Of a stretch of 57,291 bases of DNA, positions 43,136-52,586 are shown piece after piece (position 1 is the stretch's first letter; every line of letters starts with the position of its first letter). This DNA comes from Candidatus Uhrbacteria bacterium (GTDB lineage: Bacteria; Patescibacteriota; Patescibacteriia; JACQRZ01). The notes beneath the pieces were generated by a model, which saw only the letters and a list, made by a program, of their open reading frames with translations, had not been told where the DNA came from and ran no database searches. The stretch is from the NCBI GenBank assembly GCA_016209345.1, contig JACQWH010000029.1:1-57291 (forward strand). Reading direction: 5' to 3'. The translations under genes and the position numbers were made by a program.

Positions 43136-43531
43136 TTAAGAATTACGAACAATCGATTTTGTGCCCTTAATAAGCCCGTTTGTTATTTTACTTACTGTTA
43201 TAGTATGCTGTGCGAGCGCTTGAAATATCTCCTTTTCAATATATCCGATATCACGCGCAATGAGTAACTGATTCTAAACTTCTGTAAGTGATCCGAGTGC
43301 TATCGAGTAGAACTGTGCCTTCTCCTTATATGACCCCCTGCCAAAACCCTCAGCAATGTTTGATGTTAATGAAACGGCAGCCCTACGAAGTTGATTTGTT
43401 AACCCAAACTGTTCTTCCTTTGGAAAGGATTGGGTTATCTTGTATATTTTCAGAACAAGGGTGTGGCCTTCTTGCCATGCTTTCAAATCTGTAAATGACC
43501 GGATCGTATGCTTGCTTAATTCTTGATTCAT
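43136..43531 (-). pseudogene. Four-helix-bundle protein, copy 2, with one in-frame TAG
   Basis: An 85-aa ORF, then TAG (43274..43276), then 45 more in-frame codons (NQLLIARDIGYIEKE...IVRNS-stop). The TAG aligns with Gln (CAG) of copy 1 (GAELQTQ against LTEV*NQ). Confidence 0.7.
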
Positions 43532-43555
43532 GATTCTTGATTCCTTTCTGCAAAT

Positions 43556-43564
43556 AGTATATCA
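43556..43564 (-). promoter_or_regulatory. Candidate extended -10 box TGATATACT upstream of four-helix-bundle copy 2
   Basis: On the minus strand, TGATATACT lies 24 nt upstream of the ATG at 43531. Confidence 0.35.
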
Positions 43565-43586
43565 TCGTTTTCCCGTACTCACAAAG

Positions 43587-46049
43587 CTAGAACCGTAGCT
43601 TTTCATTCAACTCCAACAGCGCGTCAAACTCTTCCGCCGTGAGATATTCTTTTCCGGCTGTTTTTCTTTCTTCAACCAGCTTGTTCATATCCACGCCGAT
43701 ATTGATTTGCCCAATCTCAAGATAGAGCGCGTAGACATCGCTTTCCTTCCATGCCTTTATCGCTTCTGCCTTTTTCGTCAGCGATTGTTTTTCAAGCGCC
43801 TGAATTTTTTCATAGATACGCTTTACCGACTCTTTCGGGTCTTGGGAAAGCCGGCGAAAATCCTTAATGGTAAGCGCGCGAATCTCATCAATCACGCCAA
43901 CGAGCCGCGGCGCTGCTTTCACATCCGCAACTTTCGTTTTCGGGGCGCCCGCCGTCGGCGTTGCGCGAACCGTCACGGGAATGGGAATAGGTTTCAGGTT
44001 ATAGGTTTCAGGTTTCAGGGGGGGTGCAGTACTAGGGGCTAGGGTAGAGGGTTTAGGGGTTAGTTGGGGACCAACAGGGGTTGCGGGTGGGGTCTGTACC
44101 TCCCCTTGATTCGTGATTCTTGATTCTTGATTCTGTCCCGTGATTCGTGATTCTTGATTCTGCCCCTGCCCTCCTCTTGCCTCCCCTTGATTCGTAATTC
44201 GTGGTTCTTGATTCGTGATTCCTGTTTCCTGTTTCTCCGTCTTTTCCAGCGATAATTTTTCGTTTTTCATTTTTCGTTTTGCGCTTGACTGCACCAGCAT
44301 CGGCACGCCATCCACTTCTTTAATGACCATCACTGGCTCAGGTTTCAGGTTATAGGTTTGAGGTTTCAGGGGTGGCTCAGGAACAGGTTGCAGGTCATAG
44401 GTTTCAGGTTTCAGGGATGGTGTGGCTGACCCCATTTCTGCCATTGATTCGTGATTCGTGATTCTTGATTCCTGCTTCTGTGCCCCCCCTTGATTCGTGA
44501 TTCTTGATTCCTGATTCTGCCCCGTGATTCGTGATTCCTGCTTCTGTGCCCCCCCTTGATTCGTGATTCGTGATTCTTGATTCTGCCCCGTGATTCTTGA
44601 TTCTTGATTCTGCCCCGTGATTCCTGAATCGTAAAGCTGTTCTAACCCCTTCCCCGCCACAATCGCCTGCGCTGCCACGTTCGCCTCTTTCAAAAGTTTC
44701 TCGGCATCCTCAGGAGACAATCCGGCGCCGCCATCGGCAAGCGCCGCTTTCAGCCGTTCGCTCGTATCAATACTGTTGCGAATATTGCGCACGCGCGATG
44801 AAAGAATCGGCTTTACCCGGCTAGTGACATCGTCGGAAAGTTTTACCGCAGCCGCCTCAAGAATATGTGTGATAACCCTGTCATAATCAACCACCAAGGC
44901 AGGTTGTAGGTTGTAGGTTGTAGGTTGTAGTAAGGGCTCGGGGTGTACCGACGCCACGGCAGCAACGTCATTGCGGGGAAGCGCAGCGACCGCAGGGAGA
45001 GATCCCTCTTTCTCTTGATTCGTAATTCGTGATTCTTGATTCTGTCCCGTGATTCTTGATTCTTGATTCTGTCCCGTGATTCTTGATTCTTGATTCTGTC
45101 CCGTGATTCTTGATTCTTGATTCTGTTCCTCCCCCGGCACCCCCGGCAGCTCTCGCGCGGTTTTCGCCTCAAGTTCCGCCAAGTGATATGGGATAACCAT
45201 CCAGTGTTCCGGCGATGTCTTCTGAAAACTTTCCGGAAAATTTTTCAACACCGTAAATGTTTCAAACAGCCGCCGCAATGCCTCTTTGTCCTTTTCCGAT
45301 AGCTTCTTTGCGTTCGCGTTATCTGTCATGTACTGCGCGATTTTAATGCTTGACGCAGTCCCGCCGGAAAATCCCAAAAGATCCTGAATCCAATTGCCAA
45401 CGGTCGGCGGCTGCCCGTCTTTTTCCCCAACGCGCATCGTCTCTTTGCCAATATGCTCCTCGTTTGCGTAGAGCGATTTAAGAAGCGTATCAACGAATCC
45501 CTCGATGTTTGAAATGAGAAAAATGATGGTGTTGTTCAGTGACACTTTGTACGGATCGTCGGGGGCATAAAAATGACAGGTAAGATTTTTCTCAAAAAGC
45601 GCCGCCATGTCTACCGCTCCCTTTTCTCTATTGGCATCAAGATCTTCAATCTCTGCCGCTTTTTCGCGCAACGCCTCATTTATCGTTTTCAACAACAATG
45701 GCATGGTCTTGCTCTCTTCAAGCGCTTTTTCCGGATCACCGTATTTTTTTTGAAAATACTCAATGTGATTCCCAAAAAAATCAATAAATGGCAGAACGAG
45801 ATTAATAAAAAATGTCCGCTCGAGTGCTGTTGCTTGCTCCTCCGAAATGCCCAAACGCTGCAAAAATATTCCCCTAAGATCTTCAGGCCGTATATTTTTT
45901 TTGAACAATTCCTCAATGATATCATTGAGAGCATCCTGCTCCTTTGTAAAAAGATTGAGCTGCGACTTTACCGAATCTATCCAATAATAAAACTCCGGCG
46001 ACAGTAAAATCGATCGAATATATTGTGGTATGTTTTCAAGATATGACAT
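43587..46049 (-). CDS. 820-aa protein with globular ends and long low-complexity repeat linkers
   Basis: Long ORF in operon orientation. The N-terminal ~290 aa and C-terminal ~120 aa look globular. The middle is made of GQNQESRIT, PETYNLKP and P/T/A-rich repeats. Confidence 0.6.
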   Translation of the reverse strand: MSYLENIPQYIRSILLSPEFYYWIDSVKSQLNLFTKEQDALNDIIEELFKKNIRPEDLRGIFLQRLGISEEQATALERTFFINLVLPFIDFFGNHIEYFQKKYGDPEKALEESKTMPLLLKTINEALREKAAEIEDLDANREKGAVDMAALFEKNLTCHFYAPDDPYKVSLNNTIIFLISNIEGFVDTLLKSLYANEEHIGKETMRVGEKDGQPPTVGNWIQDLLGFSGGTASSIKIAQYMTDNANAKKLSEKDKEALRRLFETFTVLKNFPESFQKTSPEHWMVIPYHLAELEAKTARELPGVPGEEQNQESRITGQNQESRITGQNQESRITGQNQESRITNQEKEGSLPAVAALPRNDVAAVASVHPEPLLQPTTYNLQPALVVDYDRVITHILEAAAVKLSDDVTSRVKPILSSRVRNIRNSIDTSERLKAALADGGAGLSPEDAEKLLKEANVAAQAIVAGKGLEQLYDSGITGQNQESRITGQNQESRITNQGGAQKQESRITGQNQESRITNQGGAQKQESRITNHESMAEMGSATPSLKPETYDLQPVPEPPLKPQTYNLKPEPVMVIKEVDGVPMLVQSSAKRKMKNEKLSLEKTEKQETGITNQEPRITNQGEARGGQGQNQESRITGQNQESRITNQGEVQTPPATPVGPQLTPKPSTLAPSTAPPLKPETYNLKPIPIPVTVRATPTAGAPKTKVADVKAAPRLVGVIDEIRALTIKDFRRLSQDPKESVKRIYEKIQALEKQSLTKKAEAIKAWKESDVYALYLEIGQINIGVDMNKLVEERKTAGKEYLTAEEFDALLELNEKLRF
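45029..45129. repeat. 27-nt tandem repeat (GTGATTCTTGATTCTTGATTCTGTCCC) x3 plus a shortened unit
   Basis: Units at 45049..45075 and 45076..45102 are identical, and 45103..45129 has one mismatch. The sense strand encodes (TGQNQESRI)n. Confidence 0.9.
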
Positions 46050-46058
46050 AGCATTACA

Positions 46059-49000
46059 TTAACTGCCAAGAGATCTCTGCGCAACATCTTGAATGTCAGT
46101 ACTTGCCGTGCCAAACGTTCCTGCCCTCGCACGATCCAGTACTTCCTGGGTAAATGCCGTAATATTCGAAGATGCCCTTCCCTTATTAATATAGTTCTCA
46201 GCGCCACCACGTACAAGCCGTGAAAATGCACCAAGATTAAGTCGGGGAACTCTTAGCTGGACTTGACTTGTACGATTTGTGAGTGTTTCCCGAGTCATAC
46301 CCGCCAATACGCTCGAGTTCGCTGAGTCGGTCAGAATGCCTTCTATGGCAAGCCCGTGGGTAGCAGGATTGAATGCACCGGGAATCGCACGGCCATTATT
46401 ATCCATTGCAAATAGTGCGTTAACGGCTCCATCCCCCGCAGCGCCAGAAAATTGACGTAAATCACGCGCAAAAACTGCATTGAAATCAACTCCTCCGCTC
46501 GCATTTCTCGTAACTGCAGTTCCGGCGGCTAATTGAGCTTCGAGACGAGTCCTGTACACGTCAAGCATACGATTGCGTACATTCGCCGAAACCTTTCTAG
46601 TATAATCACCAAGCTTGTCAACTGTTGGGTCAGCTAGATTATCAATAAAATCATTGTTCACGTCGGTTTCTCGAATTTGGGCTGGCGCCAGCTCTTCTGT
46701 GCGCAATAATTCCTGCCACTGTGCGTTATTCAGCCGTGAAAGCGTCTCACGGCGCACGTCGGCATCGGCATCTTTCAAAAAAGGGCCCATCTTATTGACA
46801 TCGGGGTGCATCAAATTTGCAGGAGAAAAATTCGGCGCCGCATTTGCTCCGGTAATATCAGCAATTTTAATATCTTTTGCGGTAACTTGTCCTGTTTTAA
46901 ATAACTGCTGCCACTGTTCATCGGTCAATGCTCGCATCATGCGAGTCCGAACATCTGCGGTCACTTTCTTAAGATATTCGCCGAGCCGATCAACTGTTGG
47001 ATCTGCAAGGGCTCCTATAAGCGCTTGAGCCTGGGCGTTGTCATTCGGATTTCCCGGGACCGTAATATCTGCCATTTTAATATCCTCCGGTTTCCACTTT
47101 CCCGAGCGAAATGATTCAATTCGTTGATCGTGTGTCATGGGGCGCAAGGCGTCTTGCGGGCGTTTAGTTTTGATAAGCCGATCAAACGACTCTACGGTCC
47201 CTGACATAGCATTATGCCCCTGAACCATGCGTCGTATTTCGTCCGCCGGACGATCGCGCAATCCATCTTCTTCTATCAATGATTTTAATAGCCCCATTCT
47301 TTCTTCATCGGTATCGGCATGTCCCGGTATTACTCCTGTATACATTTCCCATTTTTCTTCATTTGATTTGCCCGCATGTTTCTTTGCAATTGCGTCAACG
47401 GCATTTGCCTGTGCTTCATTTGCATCAACTTTCTGTACCTCCCCCCAGCGCCCCAACCTGCTTAATTGTGATGGTCCAACAACCGCGGCAGCCATCAATC
47501 CGCCCGGAAGTGCACCAGCGGCAGCTCCGCCCAAACCAGCAACACCCGACCCCGCCCAACCAAGAGCAGCAGTACGAACCGATGCACCAAAAAATCCCGC
47601 AAACCCTCTCCGCAGCGTTGCTAAAAGCCCTCGAAACTCTGCCGCTTGCACAAGATTATCATGGTGATCGGCAGAAGCATTATGCTGTTCAATGATTTGA
47701 TTATTTTGATCGATTCGTGTTTGTAGGCGCGTTGCCTCATTTTCATGAGTTGTCGCAAGTGGAATGTTGCCTTGACCACGTGCCTCCTGCGCAAGTCGAA
47801 TATGCTCATCGCGTTCACGCTCATCAGCTTGAACCGTATTCTGTCGTTGTACGACGTCGGCGCGCAGCGTTCCCGCCGCCTGACGATTTGTATCTGCCTC
47901 AAGACTATTGTTCCTTTTCTGCTCCTCAATGCGGGTACGAAAATCCCTCCCAAACCCAAGCTCAAAATGTCCGCCGGTCAATGCGCCGGTACTCGTTCGA
48001 ATAACATTATCAAGTCCGTGTTCAACTTGCCTGTACCCTCGAGCAACCGCCTGACCCGCTTCTGTCTGCATGGCCCCGCGAATTAATTGCTGTGCACCCT
48101 TACGAGGTGCGGACGCGACAACACCAATCGCGCTTTGCACCCGATCGGTAAGCCGTTCAACGCGCTCCTTTCTTCTCTTCTCCCACCTACTCCCCAACCC
48201 TCCCAGTACTTCGCGACCGGTACGAAGCGGATTAAACGGTCCGCGTTTTCCTTGCATATAGTCCTTAAATCCGCTAATCGCCCCGCCGGCCATACTCCCG
48301 CCAACCGAGGAAAGCTGCTGGGCAGCCATCAGTGATCCTATCAACAGACCAATGCCAAGGATGTATCCGGCCATACCGCCAATGGTTGAAATACCGCTCT
48401 GTCCAACGTCTGCCAGCTCTCCGGCTAAAAACTTTCTATCCTCAAAATGAACGCCGAGCTCTGTAGCGATATAGATATCGTTTGAATCGTTGATACCATT
48501 TCCAGCAACTGCAACGATTGTAAAGGAAAGCCAGAGAAAAAATGCCATGACCGGCCCCACCAAAAGATAATTGATAAACTGATCCCACCATTTTGAAGCA
48601 TACCCCCTATCTTGGGGAAGCGACATAAGAAAAAATGCGGCGGGTGAAAGAATGATGAGAAACCACAACGCAATAATACGGATAACAAGAATTGCTACCA
48701 TGATGGCGATGACAATGAGTGCCAAACTGACAAAAATAAGCGCGAGAACCATCCCCATTAAAGCTGACTCGGCTTGCACCTGTTTCGCCTCTCCGGATCC
48801 GCTAAAAAGCACCATTGACAACAGCCGATTGAGTCCGATAAGCACGGCAAAATTACCGCCGCCGGCTTGTGAAAACGCCCCGACAAATGTCATCATTACT
48901 ATTTGGGCAAAGTCGATAAACAGTCCACAAATTGTCTTGGAAAAATTTACAAGAATTGCCGCGGCGAGAAATTTCGGCAATGTTTGAGAATAGCTGTATT

Positions 49001-49367
49001 GCTGCTGTTGTAAAATGGTGCCTAGTGCTATTGCCAGGAGCACCACGACAAAAAACATATTGACCACATCGCGAACCACCACCCATCCGGTCGTCACGGC
49101 TGTTGACGCAAGAAACTGGTTATACTGCGCTATGGCAAGAAGCAGGTACATCAGATTGACAACCAGTCCGCCGATGAGCTGGACGAGCAACGCGATGAAC
49201 CCACCCAAAACCATGCCAAACGCCCGCGCAGTAGCATCACCAACCCAAGAAAAAATCCCCGCACTGGCAGAAGTGCGAAATCCAAAAACGCCAACAATAA
49301 TAATGAGCACAACAATAACACTCGTCGTGCTGACAAGCCGCTTGTTCTGTAAAAATTTGTGCATCAC
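46059..49367 (-). CDS. VirB6/TrbL-like polytopic membrane protein with a long soluble C-terminal region
   Basis: The first ~400 aa carry many TM helices. The C-terminal ~650 aa are hydrophilic and hold three ~50-aa internal repeats (TVDRLGEYLKKVTADVRTRM.., DVNKMGPFLKDADADVRRET.., TVDKLGDYTRKVSANVRNRM..). Confidence 0.6.
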   Translation of the reverse strand: MMHKFLQNKRLVSTTSVIVVLIIIVGVFGFRTSASAGIFSWVGDATARAFGMVLGGFIALLVQLIGGLVVNLMYLLLAIAQYNQFLASTAVTTGWVVVRDVVNMFFVVVLLAIALGTILQQQQYSYSQTLPKFLAAAILVNFSKTICGLFIDFAQIVMMTFVGAFSQAGGGNFAVLIGLNRLLSMVLFSGSGEAKQVQAESALMGMVLALIFVSLALIVIAIMVAILVIRIIALWFLIILSPAAFFLMSLPQDRGYASKWWDQFINYLLVGPVMAFFLWLSFTIVAVAGNGINDSNDIYIATELGVHFEDRKFLAGELADVGQSGISTIGGMAGYILGIGLLIGSLMAAQQLSSVGGSMAGGAISGFKDYMQGKRGPFNPLRTGREVLGGLGSRWEKRRKERVERLTDRVQSAIGVVASAPRKGAQQLIRGAMQTEAGQAVARGYRQVEHGLDNVIRTSTGALTGGHFELGFGRDFRTRIEEQKRNNSLEADTNRQAAGTLRADVVQRQNTVQADERERDEHIRLAQEARGQGNIPLATTHENEATRLQTRIDQNNQIIEQHNASADHHDNLVQAAEFRGLLATLRRGFAGFFGASVRTAALGWAGSGVAGLGGAAAGALPGGLMAAAVVGPSQLSRLGRWGEVQKVDANEAQANAVDAIAKKHAGKSNEEKWEMYTGVIPGHADTDEERMGLLKSLIEEDGLRDRPADEIRRMVQGHNAMSGTVESFDRLIKTKRPQDALRPMTHDQRIESFRSGKWKPEDIKMADITVPGNPNDNAQAQALIGALADPTVDRLGEYLKKVTADVRTRMMRALTDEQWQQLFKTGQVTAKDIKIADITGANAAPNFSPANLMHPDVNKMGPFLKDADADVRRETLSRLNNAQWQELLRTEELAPAQIRETDVNNDFIDNLADPTVDKLGDYTRKVSANVRNRMLDVYRTRLEAQLAAGTAVTRNASGGVDFNAVFARDLRQFSGAAGDGAVNALFAMDNNGRAIPGAFNPATHGLAIEGILTDSANSSVLAGMTRETLTNRTSQVQLRVPRLNLGAFSRLVRGGAENYINKGRASSNITAFTQEVLDRARAGTFGTASTDIQDVAQRSLGS

Positions 49368-49390
49368 AGTGCTCTAATCGTGATATGCAC

Positions 49391-49399
49391 AGTATACCA
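49391..49399 (-). promoter_or_regulatory. Candidate extended -10 box TGGTATACT upstream of the VirB6-like gene
   Basis: The same 9-mer as at three other sites, about 26 nt upstream of the start codon. Confidence 0.35.
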
Positions 49400-49484
49400 C
49401 AGGGAAAATGCAAGGGGAACAGTATGTATTCACTATTTTTCAAATAAAACTCTGCCAAAAATTGTAAAAGTATGGACTTAAATT

Positions 49485-51089
49485 TTACAGCCCCCATAAT
49501 CCCAACTCATAATCGGTCGTTACTTCTGCGTCAATCAATGCCTGCCGTTCTACTATTGGCACGGCACTTCTCCCTAATCGTGCGCGTATAATAGGAATAA
49601 GATACATATTCCGAAATGTAGAGTCGTGTAATGTTTTTAAGTCAACGAGTTGATATACATACGAAATGTTTGGCATTGTACGTATTTTTAATACCTCCGC
49701 CCTCATTGTTTTATATGAATCAATACCCTCAAGTAGCGAATGACAGAGCTGCTGAAATAAAAGCGGTCGTACCCGGATCCTTAGAAAGGATCCAAATTGT
49801 GGAACACTCATACGAGAAATTCTTTCAAACAGCGTATCGACTGTATGCTGATGGCGCAGAGTATCTGCTGAATATCGCGTGATATCGGCTCCATTCCCTG
49901 CGGCTCGCGCCTTATCAAGATTTTTTTTTGCCGTTTCGAGTTCTGCGCGAGCGGTGCTTAAAGTAGCTCTATCTGCGATGGTAAGAGCCGCGAATGGCTC
50001 AAAAACCTCTTTCTGAACAGCATCTACAAAACCCTCAATATTCTTCAATCGATCGGGAAGCCGATCATAGCGCCCCTGACGTTCAGCAAACCGCCTGCGA
50101 CTTTCATTGGGAAATCGTATCTTCGGTTGCGGTGTATCGTCGAGCAAATCAAGGAGACGACTTTGTTCGGGATCAATCGCCTCTACCTGTCCAACAAGAG
50201 TATTGTAACCACTTGTACGAGTACCCGGTCGTGATAGCACGCGCGCCTGTTCTTCAAATGATGCCGTCTGCTCTCCCATAAGCTCACTCCCTCTCTCTCC
50301 GGCAAACTGTCGCGCCACCCTATCAACACCTGGATCAATACTTCCGGGCGCAACTAGATTAAGTCGGAGCGCTTCGTATACCTTTGGTCGAACGCCTGAA
50401 CCTGCCTGCGTGCCGAGCAGGGTGTTGATCTGCGCCTGAAGCCCTGCATTGCCAGTCACTGCCACAGGATCAATAGGAATCTGTTCAAGCGTCATATCGT
50501 GCATGATCTTTGAAATTCCGGCGAACATATCCGCAAACGTAGCTGCATCTGCCGGATCCGGTCCCCCGCCGGGATTCCGCGGATCAGGACTCAGCAAATC
50601 GGCTATTCGCCTCTCGATAATTGTTTTTAAATAATTTTGAAGTCGACCATTATATCGCGGGGCTGCTTTGCTTTCAAAAAAATTCGTAAATCTTCGCATA
50701 CCATAGCGATCGGGATCTTCATATATTTGATTAACCAGCTCATAGTTACCAGCATCCAATGCTTTTTTAAAGTCGGTGATCACTTCGTAAAAACGATCAC
50801 CCTCTTTTTTCCCTTCTGGAATCATCGACATGACCGCTCGACGGATAAGATCTTCATCAATGTTCACATGACGACCATGCAGCGTTGCCTTCTGCAACTC
50901 ATGAATCACAAGCTCGTTGATAAGATCTGTCTGCCGCACCTCCTTTTCTCGATCAAGCCGACACGCAAGCTGACCCAGCGCTTCTTTATTTTCCTTTTTC
51001 AATTTTTGGAAAATCTCCCCGGTAATTCTACCCTCATTTGTCGTCGGAGTATACCGCGGCATGCTCAGTTTATCTGGTGAAAGAATCAT
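49485..51089 (-). CDS. Hypothetical soluble protein (534 aa)
   Basis: Long ORF co-directional with the operon. No TM segment or recognisable motif. Confidence 0.6.
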   Translation of the reverse strand: MILSPDKLSMPRYTPTTNEGRITGEIFQKLKKENKEALGQLACRLDREKEVRQTDLINELVIHELQKATLHGRHVNIDEDLIRRAVMSMIPEGKKEGDRFYEVITDFKKALDAGNYELVNQIYEDPDRYGMRRFTNFFESKAAPRYNGRLQNYLKTIIERRIADLLSPDPRNPGGGPDPADAATFADMFAGISKIMHDMTLEQIPIDPVAVTGNAGLQAQINTLLGTQAGSGVRPKVYEALRLNLVAPGSIDPGVDRVARQFAGERGSELMGEQTASFEEQARVLSRPGTRTSGYNTLVGQVEAIDPEQSRLLDLLDDTPQPKIRFPNESRRRFAERQGRYDRLPDRLKNIEGFVDAVQKEVFEPFAALTIADRATLSTARAELETAKKNLDKARAAGNGADITRYSADTLRHQHTVDTLFERISRMSVPQFGSFLRIRVRPLLFQQLCHSLLEGIDSYKTMRAEVLKIRTMPNISYVYQLVDLKTLHDSTFRNMYLIPIIRARLGRSAVPIVERQALIDAEVTTDYELGLWGL

Positions 51090-51131
51090 ATGATAAATTT
51101 ATTCTTCAAATGTAATGATGTTTGCAGCGGA

Positions 51132-52586
51132 TTACTCAGGAAACAAAGAATCGTATGCATCATTGAGGCGGCTGACATTGTCTGCGTATGTTTTTACGGC
51201 ATCATAATATACGCGAACGGCGTTTGTATAATCCGTTGCGAATGTTTTTTGCATAGCACTATCAGGTGAATGCTCTCCCTGTAAAAAATTTACTGACCGC
51301 TCCTCATATAAAGATGCCACCTTTCTTTCAGAGTCCAGAATGCGCATACGTGCCTCTTCGATGATCCCGTGGTCGCCGTTTTCACCTTTCAATATATCAA
51401 TAAGATACGCCGTACGACGCCGTTCGTCATCGGGATTAATAATCGCTTTCAGGGCATGTAACTCATTTTGTTTTTGCGCAATGTTATCGAACAATTCAAT
51501 TGCTTGCCACCGTGCGTTTAAGAACAACGCGTCAGCTTTTTCTTTAAGCTCATCATGTAGAGATTGCTTGCGCTCCTGTTTCGCTCCGCCTCCCGAATAT
51601 CTGTTAACTATAGCAATCAACTGCCGCGCATCATCCTGGAGAGAGCGCGTCATTTCTTTGAACGTACCGGCGAGCTGATTCGCCGAAGCACTATCATTCT
51701 GTTCGAGCCGTTCACGCGCTTTATTTCTATAATATCGCGTAAACGCGGCCTTTTTATCGAGTGCCATATAGAGTTCTTCGAGGTGCTCCCTGGTGCTTGG
51801 GGTCATACGCCCAAACTCTTCTCCATCAAGCCGCATGCGTATATCCGCAACCAAATTCCTGCACCCTGCAAATGCGATTTCAGTTTGAAAAATATTGTCA
51901 TGAATTTGATCTGCGCGTTGCTCTGGAGTTTTTTTTGGGACTCCGATGTCAATGATCTCAGAAATACTTTTTCGAGTGCGTGCCGCTTTTTGGTCAATTG
52001 ATTCCTCCTGATTTTCATTTCCAACAATTGATTCTGCGCGATCTTCCAGTTTAAAAAAATCTCCGTGGAGCCGAACCAAGCGCAAGCGCAATTTTGCCAA
52101 TGTACCCAAATAAATATCATCAAGTATACCCATAAGATCGGGCCGCACCTTATGGGAGAGCAGCTTCTTGCATTTTTCATAAACGTCTGCCAATATCGCT
52201 TCCGTCATTTCGCACTTTTTGTTTTGTTCCGCATACTCTCGGCCAAACAGCTCGCCCACACTGGCCAGATCACCCAAAACCATCCGCTCTTCATGCGGTC
52301 GTTGTCCCGCCATAAACTCCCCGACAACCTCATCCAGTATTTCATGGTCAATCCAATCCATTTCATGAACATTGCCATACTGCCTCTGAAAAATATCACG
52401 ACTTTTCGAAATAAAATCCTCTATTTGTTTTAGATCTTGAAATTTTCCTCGGTAAACTTCATCGGCAACAAGACCATCGAATATCATTTTTATTTTTTGA
52501 TATTTGTACGCAATGTTTGGATCATCCATACTTCTCATCTTCCACGTACCAACTCTTAAACTGTCGCGATCTGATAATATCTTCAT
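51132..52586 (-). CDS. Hypothetical soluble, helix-rich protein (484 aa)
   Basis: Long ORF whose start overlaps the upstream small ORF by 4 nt (ATGA). No recognisable motif. Confidence 0.6.
   Translation of the reverse strand: MKILSDRDSLRVGTWKMRSMDDPNIAYKYQKIKMIFDGLVADEVYRGKFQDLKQIEDFISKSRDIFQRQYGNVHEMDWIDHEILDEVVGEFMAGQRPHEERMVLGDLASVGELFGREYAEQNKKCEMTEAILADVYEKCKKLLSHKVRPDLMGILDDIYLGTLAKLRLRLVRLHGDFFKLEDRAESIVGNENQEESIDQKAARTRKSISEIIDIGVPKKTPEQRADQIHDNIFQTEIAFAGCRNLVADIRMRLDGEEFGRMTPSTREHLEELYMALDKKAAFTRYYRNKARERLEQNDSASANQLAGTFKEMTRSLQDDARQLIAIVNRYSGGGAKQERKQSLHDELKEKADALFLNARWQAIELFDNIAQKQNELHALKAIINPDDERRRTAYLIDILKGENGDHGIIEEARMRILDSERKVASLYEERSVNFLQGEHSPDSAMQKTFATDYTNAVRVYYDAVKTYADNVSRLNDAYDSLFPE

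Noticed and set aside
43274-43276. In-frame TAG, considered as evidence for stop-codon reassignment (alternative genetic code)
   Set aside because: TAG terminates well-supported genes here (pheT, pheS, the PrgI-like gene). TGA and TAA are also used as stops. A single C-to-T nonsense change in a selfish paralog is the simpler explanation.
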